64,000 nt of DNA, from NCBI GenBank assembly GCA_963711835.1, contig CAVQFQ010000012.1, positions 32,001-96,000 on the forward strand, given 5' to 3'. Shown in pieces: positions 36,890 through 48,079 of the stretch (position 1 is its first letter; each line of letters begins with the position of its first letter). Under the pieces are notes generated by a model. It saw only the letters and a list, made by a program, of their open reading frames with translations. It did no database searches and had not been told where the DNA came from. This DNA is from an uncultured delta proteobacterium (GTDB lineage: Bacteria > Desulfobacterota > RBG-13-43-22). Made by a program: the position numbers and the translations under genes.

Positions 36890-38568
36890 CTAAGTGCCCA
36901 GCCAGTCTCCCATCCCTTTCCAGCCTTTGTCTTTATAGGTTTGATTTGGATTTGCCGGGATATCCTTTGGGAGAGGCGGTTTCCCCGGCAATTGCCCTTT
37001 GCAATATTTTCTCCACTCAGTTTGACTTTTTAAATTCAGGCTGTGAACGAAAGCACGGGCTTCTTTGAAAGGACGATATTCCTAAGCTGGGAGCAATGGT
37101 CCCTGTTCCCAACCAGTCACCCATCCCTTTCCAGCCTTTGTCTTTATAGGTTTGATTTGGATTTGCAGGGATATCCTTGGGTAGAGATGGTTTCCCTGGC
37201 AATTGCCCTTTGCAATATTTCCTCCACTCAGTTCCGCTTTTTAAATTCAGACTGTGAACCCAAGCACGGGCTTCTTTGAAGGGACGATATTCCTAAGAAT
37301 GGAAGCAACGGTCCCTGTCCCCAGCCAGTCCCCCAACCTTTCCAGCCTTTATCTTTATAGGTTGATTTGGATTTACCGGGATATCCATTGGGTAGAGGAG
37401 GTTTTCCCGGTAATTTTCCTTTGCAATATTTCCTCCACTCAGTTTGACTTTTTAAATTCAAGGCTATGAACGAAGGCACGGGCTTCTTTAAAAGGACGAT
37501 ATTCCCTAAGATTGGAAGCAATCGTCCCCGTCCCCAGCCAGTCCCCCATCCCTTTCCAGCCTTTATCTTTATAGGTTTGATTTGGATTTGCAGGGATATC
37601 CTTGGGTAGAGTTGGTTTCCCCGGTAATTGCCCTTTGCAATATTTCCTCCACTCAGTTCTACTTTTTAAATTCAGACTATGAACGAAAGCACGGGCTTCT
37701 TTAAAAGGACGATACTTCCTAAGCCTGGAAGCAATGGTCCCCGTCCCCAGCCAGTCGCCCCAACTTATCCAGCCTTTATCTTTATAGGTTTGATTTGGAT
37801 TTGCCGGGATATCAATAGGTAGAGGTGGTTTCCCCGGTAATTGCCCTTTGCAATATTTTCTCCACTCGCTCCACTTTTTAAATTTAGGCTATGAACGAAA
37901 GCTACGGGCTTCTTTGAAGGGACGATATTCCCTAAGCCTTGGAGCAATGGTCCCCGTCCCCAGCCAATCCCCCATCCCCTTCCAGCCTTTATCTTTATAG
38001 GTTTTATTCGGATTTGCTGGGATATCCATTGGGTAGAGGCGGTTTCCCCGGTAATTCGCCCTTTGCAATATTTCCTCCACTCAGCTTGACTTTTTAAATT
38101 CAGACTATGAACGAAGGCACGGGCCTCTTGAAAGGACGATATTTCCTAAGCTGAGGAGCAATAGTCCCCGTCCCCAGCCAGTCGCCCCAATCTCATCCAG
38201 CCTTTATCTTTATAGGTTTGATTTGGATTTGCCGGGATATCCATGGGTAGAGGAGGTTTCCCCGGTAGTTGCCCTTTGCAATATTTACTCCATTCGGTTT
38301 CACTTTTCAAATTCAGGCTATGAACGAAGGCTCGGGCTTCTTTGAAGGGACGATATTTCCTAAGACTGTGAGCAATGTTCCCTGTTCCCAGCCAGTCACC
38401 CCAACTCATCCAGCCTTTATCTTTATAAGTTTTATCAGGAGTTGCCGGGATATCCTTGGGTAGTGGTGGTTTCCCCGGTAATTGCCCTTTGCAATATTTT
38501 CTCCACTCAGTTTTACTTTTTAAATGAAGGCTATGAACGAAGGCACGGGCTTCTTCAAAAGGACGCCA
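36890..38568 (-). repeat. Coding tandem array, 8 units of about 213 bp
   Basis: CCAGCCTTT(A/G)TCTTTATA recurs at about 36920, 37131, 37342, 37556, 37769, 37982, 38197, 38410. Confidence 0.95.
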
Positions 38569-40568
38569 GGAAAGCTTTGCCAGCCTTGACCATAACTTGA
38601 GTTCTATTGATTCGGCAAAAAGCTTGGCATCAATTTTCTGCCCTATGGGAATGTCAATTTCAATAGGGTATTCACCCCTACCAGGTCTTCGTCCCTTGAG
38701 AAATAGCCCTGAAGTATTCCACGATCCGGTCATCATTGGAAGCGAGTGCCCGGAGGGTCATCAAAAGATGGTCGTATGATTCACTCTTTAAAGAATCGGC
38801 ATCCGGCTGGTTGCCATCCTGGATTACAGGGATGATTACATACCCCAATTTCTTCGATTCGCTTTTCCGCAAGGCCCGTCCTACTGCCTGGACTATATCT
38901 ATGGTGCTTTTTCGGGGGTCGGCAAATAGGACGCAATCAATATCGGGGATGTCGACTCCTTCGGAAAGACATCGGGCATTTGTGATCAAGGCTCGCCTGG
39001 ATTGTTCAAAATCATCGATTAAACGGGAACGCTGGGCGGTGGGCATTTTTCCTGAAACATGGAAGGCTTCCAATTTTTTATATTCCGGGAAAAAGCGATT
39101 AAAAACCTCCTGGATCTCCTTGAAGGCCCTGGCCCTGGCTATGCTTGAATGGAAGGAAATGGCATGCCTTATGGACTGACTCTGAATGGCCTTTCTAAGG
39201 GCGATCACTGAGGCCAGCATCTCCGCTTCCACATCCTTGTCCCATTTTCCCTTGTCCGGCCTTACCAGAAGATTCTTTCTGACCAATTGGGCGATTTCAG
39301 ATCGAGTGACCAGTATAGTTATTATTTTGTAGTCGCTTAAGATGGGCGGGTCTGATTCCAGGGCTTCTTTGAAGGATAGCAGCTCAAAGGTGTCGCCATA
39401 AGTAACCGGGTCATCCATGCTGAGGATCTCGTCACTCTGGCCCCGGTACCTGCGTTCCGTGGCGGTCATGAACAGGCGTTTATTAATCCGGATATTCTCA
39501 TCATCAAGGAGATGACTGAAGAGAGTATCTCTCTTGCCCACCGTCTTGTGGGCTTCATCAAGGATTCCGAGGTCAAAGGCTGTTTTGGCCTTCCGGGAGG
39601 CTTCGGCTATGGCCCGACCACTCTGATAGGTGGCAAAAACAACCGTGGTTCCCTTTTTCCGGTCTTTGAGCCAATGGGCGATCTCATTAGAATCCGTATG
39701 GATTCGGATGCCGAGGTCCTGGGTAAACATGACCATATCATCCCGCTCGATATCTCCTACAGATTCGTCACTACATACACAGATCCAGTTTATTTCTTTT
39801 TTTTGAGCGAGCGATTCCCTTGTCCAGACAATAAGGGACTGCCTGATTAAGGCCAGGCTGGGGACTGCTATAAGAATGGTTTTGGCATCCAAGTCTCCCC
39901 GCAATCCAATAGCTGGTCAGGCTTTTGCCGGTTCCACAGGCCGAAATCAATTTGCCTCTGGACTGGTTATCATCTAAAAAATGACGGTGAGCATTCCGGA
40001 TGGCCCTTTCCTGGTGGGGAAATGGCTTGAAACGGTTTTAGGGGGATGGCTTTGCCTTTAGAGAAATTTGCTTGAGTCTGGAAAAGAAATCCTCATCCAA
40101 TCCCCGCCAAACATCTCCAGCACAAAAACTAAGCCTTTCTCCATATTTCTTTAACCGATGGCTAAATCTGTCTGCAGTGGTGCAGACCAAACCAAGGGAA
40201 ATGTTTTTGCAGATGACAAAAGCCAGCCCGGTGAAGGTATCAATATCTTTTCTGGAAAGGGATCGGGTCTCGTCTTCCCGATATTTGCATTGGATGGCCC
40301 AGTATTCTTTCTCCTTGGTTTCTGCAATAAGGTCTATCCCCTCATCCGGGCCAGGAAGGTTAAGGAAGGAACGGATTTGGAGGGGACTTCTTTTAGAAGC
40401 CAGACATTTTTTAGCTTGGTGGCGTAGGTGGGGTTGATTTGAAGGAAATACTTGGTCAGGATTTCAAATTGGTCGCCTTTGTCTTTTTCAGGAAGCTCAT
40501 TTAGGCTTTTTTTAAAATCCTGCCAGTTTTTGCTTTGATAAATGAGTCTGGTTCCCCCTGTTACTCAT
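36890..40568 (-). CDS. Mrr-like PD-(D/E)xK nuclease + SF2 DEAH helicase + 8 tandem ~71-aa repeats (multiple frameshifts as assembled)
   Basis: KGDQFE...DEGIDLIAETKEKEYWAIQCKY (nuclease, about 40280-40480); ACGTGKS Walker A; LDEAHKTVG; MTATER; CLSEGVDIP; VQAVGRALR; repeats run to the stop at 36890. Confidence 0.85.
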
Positions 40569-40609
40569 ACTGTTTCCTTAGAAGTCGGGGCACGGCCATA
40601 ATAAAAGGA

Positions 40610-40737
40610 TTCAATGACTCGATATCAGAAAAGTGGGATTCCAGAAAATAGGTTCCTACGCCTCATCCTTGGGATTCGTAAAAATAAAACCCTTCCTTCA
40701 AATCTTCACGCGCCGATTCTAGAATTCTAATTTTCAT
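40610..40737 (-). pseudogene. ParE/RelE toxin, N-terminal stub
   Basis: MKIRILESAREDLKEGFYFYESQ...GTYFLES...SDIESL then lost; overlaps the antitoxin stop. Confidence 0.7.
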
Positions 40738-40946
40738 GAAATCGAATTCCGCAGATAATTCTTGGCATGATCCCAGTCTATAAACCTATCCTTCCCATCT
40801 TTCAGTCTCATCTCTCTTTCTTTTAAAACTTCCTCGTGCCAGGATGGTGAAGAGAAATCAGGAGCAGCACGGCATATGTCATCCCACAACATTTCCATGG
40901 CCTTAAGCTTTTTCATAGCGGTCATTTCCTGTAAATTGATTGTCAA
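40734..40946 (-). CDS. Putative addiction-module antitoxin
   Basis: LKAMEMLWDDI...SPSWHEEVLKERE...FIDWDHAK. Confidence 0.8.
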   Translation of the reverse strand: MTINLQEMTAMKKLKAMEMLWDDICRAAPDFSSPSWHEEVLKEREMRLKDGKDRFIDWDHAKNYLRNSIS

Positions 40947-41031
40947 AGACTAATTCCTCTCTTTTTGATTCGTTTGATCTGGATCATGTTTCTTATGGAT
41001 TATGATTTTCAGTCTCATACTTTGCCTCCTG

Positions 41032-41316
41032 TTATGCCGCCTTTTTGAGAGTGATTTGCATACCGGCTCTCGTCGCCAGGGTGATAAGCATTTCAAGGCT
41101 GAATCGTTCCCATTTACCTCTGATCAAGTCTGAAACCCTGGATTGACTAACGCCGAGGATTTCCGCAGCCTTGGCCTGCGTTAGCCTCTTGGCTTTTATC
41201 AATTTTCGGAGATCGGCCATAAGATCGGCCCGCATCTGAAGAATTGCGGCTTCGTCCGGAGAATAACCGAGATCAATGAACACGTTCCCGGAAGAATTAA
41301 CAATGGTTTCACTCAT
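41032..41316 (-). CDS. XRE/HTH antitoxin (HigA-like)
   Basis: SSGNVFIDLG...LTQAKAAEILGVSQSRVSDLIRGK; preceded by a toxin C-terminal stub (KEDIDLARQRYRQIGG). Confidence 0.85.
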   Translation of the reverse strand: MSETIVNSSGNVFIDLGYSPDEAAILQMRADLMADLRKLIKAKRLTQAKAAEILGVSQSRVSDLIRGKWERFSLEMLITLATRAGMQITLKKAA

Positions 41317-41450
41317 AAGTTACCTCCAATCTGTCTGTATCGTTGGCGAGCCAAATCGATATCTTCCTTCCTGGCGACTTTACCGTTCCCGTTAACCAAG
41401 CCTGATCTGTCGCCCTTTCGACGATCTCAGATAGCGAAGAGGAACAACGA

Positions 41451-41802
41451 TCACTGTCCTGCGCCATGTTGGGCTCCGGATTCATCTAAAGGAATCTGGT
41501 TAGTCGATATGGGTTTGATATTTCTGAGATCCTCTGTTTCAGATTCTTGTGCAAAATATAGATCCCATCTAAGTTGCAGATTCATCCAAAAATCGGCGGA
41601 GACACCAAAAAATTTGGACAAGTCTCAAAGCTGTACTGGGTGTTATTCCACGCCGACCGTTGATGATCTCGTTTATCCGCTGATAAGGCACATGGATGGC
41701 ATCAGCAAGTTCACGCTGAGTGAACCCCATTGGCTTTAGAAATTCTTCAAGAAGCATCTCTCCAGGATGGGTAGGTGCTCTATGTGTTGGTATGCGAATC
41801 AT
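41451..41802 (-). CDS. HigA antidote protein (one frameshift), no cognate HigB upstream
   Basis: PTHPGEMLLEEFLKPMG...INEIINGRRGITPSTALRL / FWMNLQLRWDL. Confidence 0.8.
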
Positions 41803-41844
41803 AGCAAATTCTCCCTTATAAAACCGGTGATCCTATCTATCGCT

Positions 41845-42103
41845 TCAGCGATAAACGTCCTGGCGATGGCCGACCTTCACCACCCAGACGGTAAGCTCCT
41901 TGTCCTGAATTGAGTATACGATTCGGTACCGTCCTTGACGAATCCTATACCTTTCCTGCCCGGTCAGTTTTTCGCAACCCGCCGGCCTGCGGATCTTCGG
42001 CCAGCATTCGAATCCGCTGAAGAATTCTTTTCAGATCGCCCTTGGGTATTATGGCAAAATCCTTCTCAACGGATGCTCGGAAGTAGACCTTATATGCGGC
42101 CAT
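41845..42103 (-). CDS. RelE/StbE toxin (one frameshift; absent from the ORF track)
   Basis: MAAYKVYFRASVEKDF...CEKLTGQERYRIRQGRYRIVYSI...VKVGHRQDVYR*. Confidence 0.8.
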
Positions 42104-42323
42104 CTTTTCTCAGTCGTTTGACCATCTCGTCATAACTGACCAGGGGCTCTCCAGCTCTCCCTTCAAACGCTTCAATATCCTCGGCGTCCTCCGCAATGGC
42201 TTCTCTTACTGCCTTATTGACAAGGTTTGATACCGATGTAGCTGTTTCAACTGCCTTTAAGCGCAGTGCTTTATGTAAATCCGGTTCCAGGTATATCGTA
42301 GCTCGTTTGGCTTGTCCTGCCAT
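42090..42323 (-). CDS. CopG/RHH antitoxin
   Basis: KRATIYLEPDLHKALRLKA...SVSNLVNKAVRE; overlaps the relE start. Confidence 0.85.
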   Translation of the reverse strand: MAGQAKRATIYLEPDLHKALRLKAVETATSVSNLVNKAVREAIAEDAEDIEAFEGRAGEPLVSYDEMVKRLRKDGRI

Positions 42324-42443
42324 ATTCGCACCTCCTGACGTAGTCAGGTAACTATAGCACTATAACGTTAAAACGTCAATGTCAACCGTTATTTTGAAGC
42401 GAACGGCGGAGCTAATCGGCGGCCTGAACCTGCAGGACCGATT

Positions 42444-42848
42444 TCAAGGCGTTATCAACCTGACACTCGGAAAGTAGGTTCGATATCGGGAAGTATCTCT
42501 TGTCAAAAGGTCCAACTGAAGGACCGCCGCTTGTGCTCCTATATAAAAATCGGGCAGCGGACTTCTTTTTGCTCCTCCCTCTTTTTTATATTGAAAGTAA
42601 GCCTTTCCAGCTAAGAACAAGGCCTCTTTGGGAATTTCCAACATCAGAAACCCGGCCTTGGCCATAGCGCCTTCCAAATCCTCAATGCGCACAAAACCAA
42701 TGGAGACTTCGGAATAGATTATGGCATTAATATACAAGATGGCCTGGTGACTAATTTTCTCCAATGCCGTTTCCGACCAATCTGCCCAGTCAGGATCATT
42801 TAAGAATACGTCCAGGATGATATTCGAATCAACCAGAACAGCCTTCAT
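42444..42848 (-). CDS. PIN-domain VapC toxin
   Basis: VLVDSNIILD...YSEV...LPDFYIGAQA...LLTRD. Confidence 0.9.
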   Translation of the reverse strand: MKAVLVDSNIILDVFLNDPDWADWSETALEKISHQAILYINAIIYSEVSIGFVRIEDLEGAMAKAGFLMLEIPKEALFLAGKAYFQYKKEGGAKRSPLPDFYIGAQAAVLQLDLLTRDTSRYRTYFPSVRLITP

Positions 42849-43072
42849 TTTTCCCCTCGGGTCAAAGCCATAATTTCATCGGTGGTCATCTTCACGGTTG
42901 CTATTCCCCTCACCCTTCTAAATTTATGGGGTTTACTATTCTCCCTCTTCCCCTTAACCAAATAGATACGGCCCTTTTCTTCAATAAAATCAACCTCAAC
43001 GGCAGGAGTTATCCCTAATTTTTCACGAATGGCCTGGGGAATGGTTACTTGTCCTTTTGTCGTAACGCGCAT
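42845..43072 (-). CDS. AbrB/MazE-type antitoxin (VapB)
   Basis: MRVTTKGQVTIPQAIREKLGI; palindrome GTAATAGTATTAC upstream. Confidence 0.9.
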   Translation of the reverse strand: MRVTTKGQVTIPQAIREKLGITPAVEVDFIEEKGRIYLVKGKRENSKPHKFRRVRGIATVKMTTDEIMALTRGEK

Positions 43073-43193
43073 GGTCCACCCTCCGGTATGTTGTAATACC
43101 TGTAATAGTATTACCAGGAAAGGGCTGTGTCAATCACGATTTTTTACCCCGAAATAACTTGATAACCGGATCAAAATTCAGTAGAAAAGAACC

Positions 43194-44036
43194 ATGACAC
43201 CAAACGACTTCACCGACATTCTTTACCAGAGGGATGATTCCGGGCTGGTAAAGATCACCATCAACCGGCCGGAGATCAAAAACGCCCTGACCATTCGGGT
43301 GGTCATGGAACTCTTCTATGCGGCCGAGGCCTTTGAAAAAGACCCCCGGGCCGGGGCGGCCATAATCACCGGAGCCAAGGCGCCGAACAATCCGGACCCC
43401 TCCCGCGAGGCCTTCAGCAGCGGCGCCTATTTCAACCCGGCCGAACTCCAGGCCATCAGCGCCCTGAATCTACCCGACTTTGATCCGACCGACATCGCCC
43501 TGAAGAAACTCTGCCTCAAGTTATGGGGGATCGACAAACCCATTATCGCGGCTATCAATGGCCTGGCCATCGGCGGCGGCTTTACCATACCGCTGGCCTG
43601 CGCCGATCTGATCTATGTCTCCGAGCATTCCTGGGTGCGGCTGCCCTTCGGACGGCTGGGATTAACACCCGAGCTGGCCTCCAGTTATCTCCTGCCCCGG
43701 TTGATCGGACTTCAAAAGACCAAGGAACTATTTTTTTTCGGCGAGAAGCTGGACGCCCGACAGCTCCTGGAACTCGGTCTGGTGAATAAGGTGCTGCCCC
43801 ATGACCAGCTCCTGCCCTACGCCCGGGAGATGGCCCTGCGGCTCATTCCTCCCCTTGGGCCCCCCCTGTCAGTGCAGTGGACCAAACACATTCTTCATAA
43901 ACCCTTGATCGAAGCGGTAACCCAGGCCCTGGACCGGGAAAACGAGATGCTCAACAAGGCCTTCGGGACCGAGGATTTTTTCGAAGCCCTTAGCGCCCGC
44001 CTGGCCAAGAGGGAGCCGGTCTTTAAAGGAAAGTAA
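43194..44036 (+). CDS. Enoyl-CoA hydratase/isomerase family protein
   Basis: ITINRPEIKNAL, KPIIAAINGLAIGGG, LGLTPE. Confidence 0.9.
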   Translation: MTPNDFTDILYQRDDSGLVKITINRPEIKNALTIRVVMELFYAAEAFEKDPRAGAAIITGAKAPNNPDPSREAFSSGAYFNPAELQAISALNLPDFDPTDIALKKLCLKLWGIDKPIIAAINGLAIGGGFTIPLACADLIYVSEHSWVRLPFGRLGLTPELASSYLLPRLIGLQKTKELFFFGEKLDARQLLELGLVNKVLPHDQLLPYAREMALRLIPPLGPPLSVQWTKHILHKPLIEAVTQALDRENEMLNKAFGTEDFFEALSARLAKREPVFKGK

Positions 44037-44060
44037 TAAGCAAGAAAGGATAACTTCTTT

Positions 44061-44886
44061 ATGGCACTTTTTACAATTGATCCCAATAAATGCCAGCGTG
44101 ACGGCATCTGTGTAGCCGAATGCCCCGCAAAAATAATCGAGTTGGCCGACGACGAATCTTTCCCCAGGCCGATCCCCGGGGCGGAGGAATTGTGCATCCA
44201 TTGCGGCCATTGCGTGACCGTCTGTCCCGACGGGGCACTCTCCCTGGAAGACATGAAACCCGAAGACTGCCCGCCGCTTCGAAGGGACCAATTGCCCGGT
44301 CCGGAGCAGTGCGAGCATTTTTTACGCTCCCGCCGGTCCATCCGTAACTTTAAGGAAAAACCGGTACCCAGAGAAACACTGATTAATTTGATCAAGATCG
44401 CCCGCTATGGGCCGACCGGCCACAACCTGCAACCTGTGCACTGGCTGGTTATTGAAAAAGCGGAAGAGGTCAAAAGGATGGGTGGGCTGGTGGCCGATTG
44501 GATGCGTCTCATGATCAAGGAACAGCCCAAATTGGCCCAGCTTTTTCATTTGGACCGGGTGGTACAGGCTTGGGACCAAGGGGTTGACAGGATACTTAGG
44601 GGCGCCCCCCACCTGATAGTGGCTCATGCCCAGCAAGCCTTGGCTACGGCCCAGTCTGCCTGTATTATTGCCCTGACCTATCTGGACCTGGCGGCCCCTT
44701 CTTTTGGTCTGGGGACCTGCTGGGCCGGCTATTTCAATACTGCCGCCAACGCTGTATCCTCCCTTACAGAAGGATTTGGACCTTCCTGAAGGCCATCAGT
44801 GCTTTGGGGCCATGATGATCGGGTATCCTAAGTATCCCTATCACCGATTGCCCTTGAGAAAAGAGCCGCCTATTACCTGGAGGTAA
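44061..44886 (+). CDS. Ferredoxin-nitroreductase fusion (frameshift near 44750)
   Basis: CQRDGICVAECP, CIHCGHCVTVCP, RRSIRNF, PTGHNLQP, GLGTCWAG; C-terminus continues in another frame. Confidence 0.88.
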
Positions 44887-44892
44887 TAACCC

Positions 44893-46697
44893 TCAACCCT
44901 CCAGGAAGTATCTCTTGGGATCAAAAATACGGATGTCCCTGATTTCCTCATCCTGCGGCGGTTTGACGGCCTCTAATTGATCGGATATCTCCAGTTCCCA
45001 GCCGCACCGGGCCTTGATCTTTTCAATAGCCTGCGAGGCTGAGCCATTCTCTTCAAAATAACCGGTCAGGACAAAGGTCTTTCCGTCTCCCGACCTTTTC
45101 AAAAATCCCCAGATCCGTCACCAAGGACCTGACCCGGTCGCCGGGAGCGGTAATATAGCTTACTTTTTCGACACAGCGAAAGGGAGTTATGGGTGTTACC
45201 ACCATCACCTCTTTAGCCCCCAGGGCCACGTCGCAGGCCCCTCCTGAGCCGACCAGGAAAAGATTCATCTCCGGGATCTTGGTGGAATTGATGTTTCCGT
45301 ATTGGTCCACCTGGCCGGCGCCCAGCACACCCAGACAGCAACTGGCTGCCCCTCCCACCAGGGCGCCCAGGACGGTAAAAACATCGGTCAAAAGGGTGCT
45401 GGTGGGGAGATTGCGAAAATTGAAAACAAAGGGTTCCCCGGGCCTGGGTGCATAGCCGAAGAAGCCCACCTCGGCCATAAGATCGGCATCGTAATTGTCC
45501 CGGCGCAGATCATACCAGGCCTTCCAGGCAGCCAGATTTGAGGCGCCGATGCCGGCCAGGATGGTTTGATAATGACCCTCTTGAACTTTTTTCTTGATCA
45601 ACCGGGCCGCCGCTATGATCATGGTTTCAACAGGGTTGGCCTCTTCCGTCTTTTTCATCCGGGGAACCTGGTCATTCAGTTCCGCCCGCCAGGAATCACC
45701 GGCTGACTTTCCTTTCAGATACCAGATTCGTTCATAACCTAATTTTGTCAGATAGGTTTCCTGATCAGGGCAATCCAAGACCCATTTCTTAACCCAGGCT
45801 TCCAAGGTGTCATTTTTTTTGCAGGCTTTCCTGAGGGTAAGCAGAAATTCTTCATCTTCGGCATAGCCGTCAAATTCCTTGATGCCGTAACTGGAGGCAC
45901 CGGCGGGGTGGGCTCCATAAGGAACGGGACAAACCGCTTTAACTAAATGACTCGGCACCTTGGCATAGTGGGAGTAGGCACGGATGAAATCCGTATCAAC
46001 CACCCGCTCCACCGTGGCGACTACGCCTTCCTTGGCGGCGTAAAAGGCGGGACACATTTTCGGCATAAGGAGGGGTAATAAGAAGGTTCCCGGCCGGATC
46101 GGCAGCCCAGGCATGAGCCAGGGTCAGGTCCGGTCTTAAGCTGCGCACAAAGGTATTGGCCTTGCCGTCAGGATCCCGGACCAGCCATAGATCAGCGGCA
46201 TTTTCCTTTTCCATGGAACTGCCGATCAGGGAGTGGGTGGGCATCCATTCCAAACCCAGGGCACCGGCCTGGAGACGCTGGGGCAGGGTCAGCACCGTCC
46301 AGTTTTCAATCTTCACTCTCCCGGCGGCATGCGCTTCCTGGTAAACCCGGTTTGGTCCCGGAAAGGGATAGGTATCCCCGCAAAAGGTGGTGATAATATT
46401 TTTAACCAGTTCTCCAAAAACCAGCAGTACCAGGGGCCCGGTGAGGCCCAGGGAGCTGACGGTGAAATCAGGTTTCTTCCCCCAGTATTGCCGGCAGAGC
46501 TCATAAATCAGGGCCGTGGACCGCATGTAGGTATGGGTGACATGAAGATGCATGCCGGGTCGGATGAATTTCCTGACCGCCTCCTGGAGGGGCAAGACCT
46601 TGTTCCCGGAAAACGGTTTTTGAGCCAAGGCGAGCTTGTCCTCTACGCGGTCTTCAAAGATGTCAAACATGGGTTCCTCCTTTTGCGATTTCTTCAT
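44893..46697 (-). CDS. Fused family-I (glutaconate-type A+B) CoA-transferase, split by frameshifts
   Basis: PLQEAVRKFIRPGMHL, ADPAGN, GAHP, LGAGQVDQYGNINST...GSGGACD across three ORFs. Confidence 0.82.
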
Positions 46698-46844
46698 TCC
46701 TGAACAACAAAGAACCGGCCTAAATAATGAATCTGTAAAAATCTATCAAAATATCTCTATCGCTGTCTATCCTTGAATTTTTTCGCCGTTCGTGATAAAC
46801 TTGCAGCCTTCTTTTCAAACTTCTGCCTTAAAGGAGCATCCCCT

Positions 46845-48026
46845 ATGCCTGGTCCCCTTCAAGGGATAAAAATTCTGGATTTCACTACCCTGCTGCCCGG
46901 TCCTTTCGCCACCATGATGCTGGCCGACCTCGGCGCGAATGTGCTTCGCATCGTATCCGGATCGAGGCCTGATTTGACTGCCTTCATCCCCCCTTTTATC
47001 GGCGATACGGACCTGGCCGCCATAGCGGCCTACCTGGGAAGGGGCAAGCGGTCCATGACCCTGAATCTGAAGGATGACCGGGCCATCAGGGTTGTGCACC
47101 AGTTGATCGCCACCTACGACGTGGTCATCGAACAATTTCGGCCGGGTGTGATGGCCAAGTTTGGCCTGGATTACCCCAAGCTTAAGGAAGTCAATCCCGG
47201 CCTCATCTATTGCTCTCTGACCGGATACGGCCAAACCGGCCCCATGGTCAGTAGGGCCGGCCATGATATCAATTATCTCTCACGCTCAGGTCTCATGTCG
47301 TATTCCGGCCGAAAGGAAACCGGGCCGGTCCTGGCCGGAATGCAAATTGCGGATGTTGCCTCCGGGTCTTACAACTCTATTATCGGCCTTTTGGCCGCCA
47401 TCGTTCACCGGCAGCTTACCGGCCAGGGCCAATATATTGATATCTCCATGACCGACGGTGTGATCGCTTTTAACGCCATGGTCGGGGCCTCTTTTCTGGT
47501 GGACGGCCAGCAACCCGGGCTGGAAGGCCATCTGCTCAACGGCGGCTCCCTCTATGATTTTTATGAAACCAGGGAAGGAAACTATATCAGCTTCGGAGGC
47601 CTGGAACCTCAATTTTTTGCCGCCTTTTGTCAGGCCATAGAACGGCCTGATCTTATTCCGGGAACCGTTTCGCCTCCCAATCTCAAACAGGTAAAAGAAG
47701 AAGTTCGAGCCATCATCAAAACAAAAACCCGTGACGAATGGACGGCGGTTTTCAAAAATTGGGATGCCTGCGTGGAACCGGTTCTGACCTTGACCGAGGC
47801 CATGAATGATCCCCTGGTCATCGAAAGGGAAATGATCGTGGATCTGAACTTGCCCGGCGGCGGTACTGTTCGGCAGACGGCCTGCCCGATCAAGTTTTCT
47901 GAGACTTCTCCTGATTACAAACATGCCGGAATGCCGGTCGGAACCAATACCCGCGAGGTAATGCACGAATTGGGCTACACCGAAGAGGAAGTCAGTGAAT
48001 TTGAAAAAACCGGCCTTTTCAACTGA
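46845..48026 (+). CDS. CaiB/BaiF family-III CoA-transferase / acyl-CoA racemase
   Basis: LLPGPFATMMLADLGA, RGKRS, EQFRPGVM, AGHDINY. Confidence 0.92.
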   Translation: MPGPLQGIKILDFTTLLPGPFATMMLADLGANVLRIVSGSRPDLTAFIPPFIGDTDLAAIAAYLGRGKRSMTLNLKDDRAIRVVHQLIATYDVVIEQFRPGVMAKFGLDYPKLKEVNPGLIYCSLTGYGQTGPMVSRAGHDINYLSRSGLMSYSGRKETGPVLAGMQIADVASGSYNSIIGLLAAIVHRQLTGQGQYIDISMTDGVIAFNAMVGASFLVDGQQPGLEGHLLNGGSLYDFYETREGNYISFGGLEPQFFAAFCQAIERPDLIPGTVSPPNLKQVKEEVRAIIKTKTRDEWTAVFKNWDACVEPVLTLTEAMNDPLVIEREMIVDLNLPGGGTVRQTACPIKFSETSPDYKHAGMPVGTNTREVMHELGYTEEEVSEFEKTGLFN

Positions 48027-48079
48027 CCTCGTTCCTAAATTATGATGCCGTTTCTTAACCCGAAAATTTCGGAAAAGAT

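Noticed and set aside
36890-38568. Regular repeats as a CRISPR array
   Set aside because: Units are about 213 bp, conserved along their length with no unique spacers, translate as a protein repeat, and no cas genes are present
36233-38568. Diversity-generating retroelement (Avd-like gene next to variable repeats)
   Set aside because: No reverse transcriptase in the window, and repeat differences are not confined to adenines of one template copy
42396-42445. Integron attC site between TA modules
   Set aside because: Only a half-site-like CGAACGGCGGAGCTAATCGGC is visible; no complementary arm, no repeated attC series and no intI in the window
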